Positions 62,410 through 64,000 of a stretch of 64,000 nt of DNA are shown here, one piece after another (the stretch's first letter is position 1; each line of letters opens with the position of its first letter). The notes beneath the pieces were generated by a model. That model was not told where the DNA came from. It did no database searches and saw nothing but the letters and a program-made list of their open reading frames with translations. Made by a program: the position numbers and the translations under genes. The stretch spans positions 160,001 to 224,000 of the forward strand of contig CAWEJX010000001.1 of assembly GCA_963809485.1 (NCBI GenBank), written 5' to 3'. Origin of the DNA: an uncultured Acidobacteriota bacterium (GTDB taxonomy: Bacteria; Acidobacteriota; UBA6911).

Positions 62410-63402
62410 TCAAAACAGCTTGATGTGGACTTTGCCGGCCACTCCGGTTCCGGCGGTTTCAAAAGCCTCACGAATGCTTTCCAAGGGAAAAGTATGGGTA
62501 ACGACCCGGGCAGGATGGAGCGTCCCTTTCGCCACCCTGTCGATCGCGTTGGCGAAATCGGCCGGGTGGTCATAGATCATGGAAGTGCGTATATTGATTC
62601 CTTCGCGCACAAGCCGCATCGGGACAAAACTCACGGGCGTGGATGCCAGCCCCAGAAGAATCACCTGGGCCCCCCGGGGTGCTGCGCTCAATGCGAGTTC
62701 GAGGGTGGCGGAAACCCCGGCGCACTCGAATACCGCGGTCACGTTCTCCTTCTGCCATACTTGCCCCGTATCTTCGCTTCCTGAAGGGATGGCGCCCATC
62801 CGTCTTGCCATCTCCAGCTTTTCAGCAACGCTGTCATGGGCAACCACGCGGACTCCCTCTGCCAGGGCGGCGTGGATGAGGAGCAGGCCGACCACGCCGC
62901 ATCCCAGGACGGCGACGGTTTCCCCCGCCCGGACTCCGGACGCCAGCAATCCATGGAGCGATACGGCCAGCGGCTCAATGGTGGCCGCGTCCCGATCTGA
63001 AATGGAATCGGGCAAAGGCCAGACGAAATCCGCAGGCGCCACGGCCCGCTCCGAGAAGCAGCCGGGCACGTTCACGCCCATGCTCCGCTTTTGGGGGCAA
63101 ATGGCCCCGCGCCCCGCGCGGCACCATGCGCAGGCTCCACAGGGATAATTCGGCTCCACAATCACCCGCTGTCCGGGTTTCAGCTTCGTGCCCGCTTGAC
63201 ACGGAGACAGGACCCGTCCCACCACTTCATGACCCAGCACGAACGGATAGGGCACCTGACGGTGGCCCGAATAGAACGACAAATCCGTCCCGCAGATGCC
63301 GGCAAACTGCGGCTGTATGACGACGTCATCTTCGGACAGGATGGGCTCCGCCGCATCCGCGATTTCAATTCTTCCGGGTCCCAGCAGCAGTGCGGCCTTC
63401 AT
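62410..63402 (-). CDS. Zinc-dependent alcohol/polyol dehydrogenase (MDR family)
   Basis: GICGTD, LGHE, CGACAWC...C, IEP, GCGVVG. Confidence 0.92.
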   Translation of the reverse strand: MKAALLLGPGRIEIADAAEPILSEDDVVIQPQFAGICGTDLSFYSGHRQVPYPFVLGHEVVGRVLSPCQAGTKLKPGQRVIVEPNYPCGACAWCRAGRGAICPQKRSMGVNVPGCFSERAVAPADFVWPLPDSISDRDAATIEPLAVSLHGLLASGVRAGETVAVLGCGVVGLLLIHAALAEGVRVVAHDSVAEKLEMARRMGAIPSGSEDTGQVWQKENVTAVFECAGVSATLELALSAAPRGAQVILLGLASTPVSFVPMRLVREGINIRTSMIYDHPADFANAIDRVAKGTLHPARVVTHTFPLESIREAFETAGTGVAGKVHIKLF

Positions 63403-63596
63403 CGCATTCTCCAAAACAGAGCCCTGTCCCCCAGGCCCTGATTTAGCCTAACATACAATCCGGGATTTTCCCCATGCTGGAATTGAGGTAAGGTTTGGAA
63501 TGCCGATAAAAAAATGGGATTGAAAAGACGAACCATGCTAGAATGCGTCGCTTAGCAGCAACCAGGACCATCAATATTGTTGGAGGAATCTGAAAA

Positions 63597-63899
63597 ATGT
63601 CCTTTAAGATTTCGGAAGAATGCATTAATTGCGGTGCGTGTCAGCCGGAATGCCCCAATGAGGCAATATTCGCCGGTGGTGAGGATTACGAATTCAAAGG
63701 CAAGACCAATTCGGCTCTCTCCCAGGATTTCTACTATATTGTCGCCGACAAATGCACGGAATGTGTCGGTTTCCACGATGAGCCCATGTGCGCATCCGTG
63801 TGCCCGACCGATGCCTGTGTAAAGGATCCCGAGAAGGTTGAGTCGAAGGAAGCGCTGTTGGCAAAAGCCAAAGCCCTGCATCCTGACAAAAAATTCTAG
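63597..63899 (+). CDS. YfhL-family 2x[4Fe-4S] ferredoxin
   Basis: CINCGACQPECP and CTECVGFHDEPMCASVCP; RBS GGAGGA. Confidence 0.93.
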   Translation: MSFKISEECINCGACQPECPNEAIFAGGEDYEFKGKTNSALSQDFYYIVADKCTECVGFHDEPMCASVCPTDACVKDPEKVESKEALLAKAKALHPDKKF

Positions 63900-64000
63900 C
63901 CCCTCTCAAAGACCTGCGGAAGCTCGCAGAGCGATGTAGCCAGGCTGCAGCCTGCGAGCTTCCCCCCTTCATGCAAAACAAGGCATGGCACGTTTTGATG

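Overview
GC-rich bacterial chromosomal window, probably from an anaerobic Acidobacteriota-like organism (inferred from gene content only). The backbone is housekeeping and metabolic: miaA, gatB, rnr, selA, csp, purH, an RlmD-like methyltransferase, comEC, Pat, Tex, YvcK, moaB, cstA-ybdD, lhr, cobB, TolC/EmrA, a xanthine-dehydrogenase-family molybdoenzyme with XdhC, a DASS transporter, a CoA-transferase/citryl-CoA lyase pair, aroK, aroQ and a ferredoxin. No rRNA, tRNA or CRISPR array was recognised. Three accessory layers stand out. (1) Four co-oriented ~225-400 bp non-autonomous elements have IS200-type hairpin ends and a variable, nested palindromic interior. (2) Inverted 7-8 nt tandem-repeat palindromes sit at gene ends; one encloses an internally deleted four-helix-bundle gene, and another pair brackets a ~7.9 kb island between rnr and selA. 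(3) That island holds a decaying glycolysis cassette (eno and glgP stubs, frameshifted gap and fba, intact pfk), a radical SAM gene, an IS91 remnant and a secreted protein. All family calls come from recognising motifs by eye, not from database searches.
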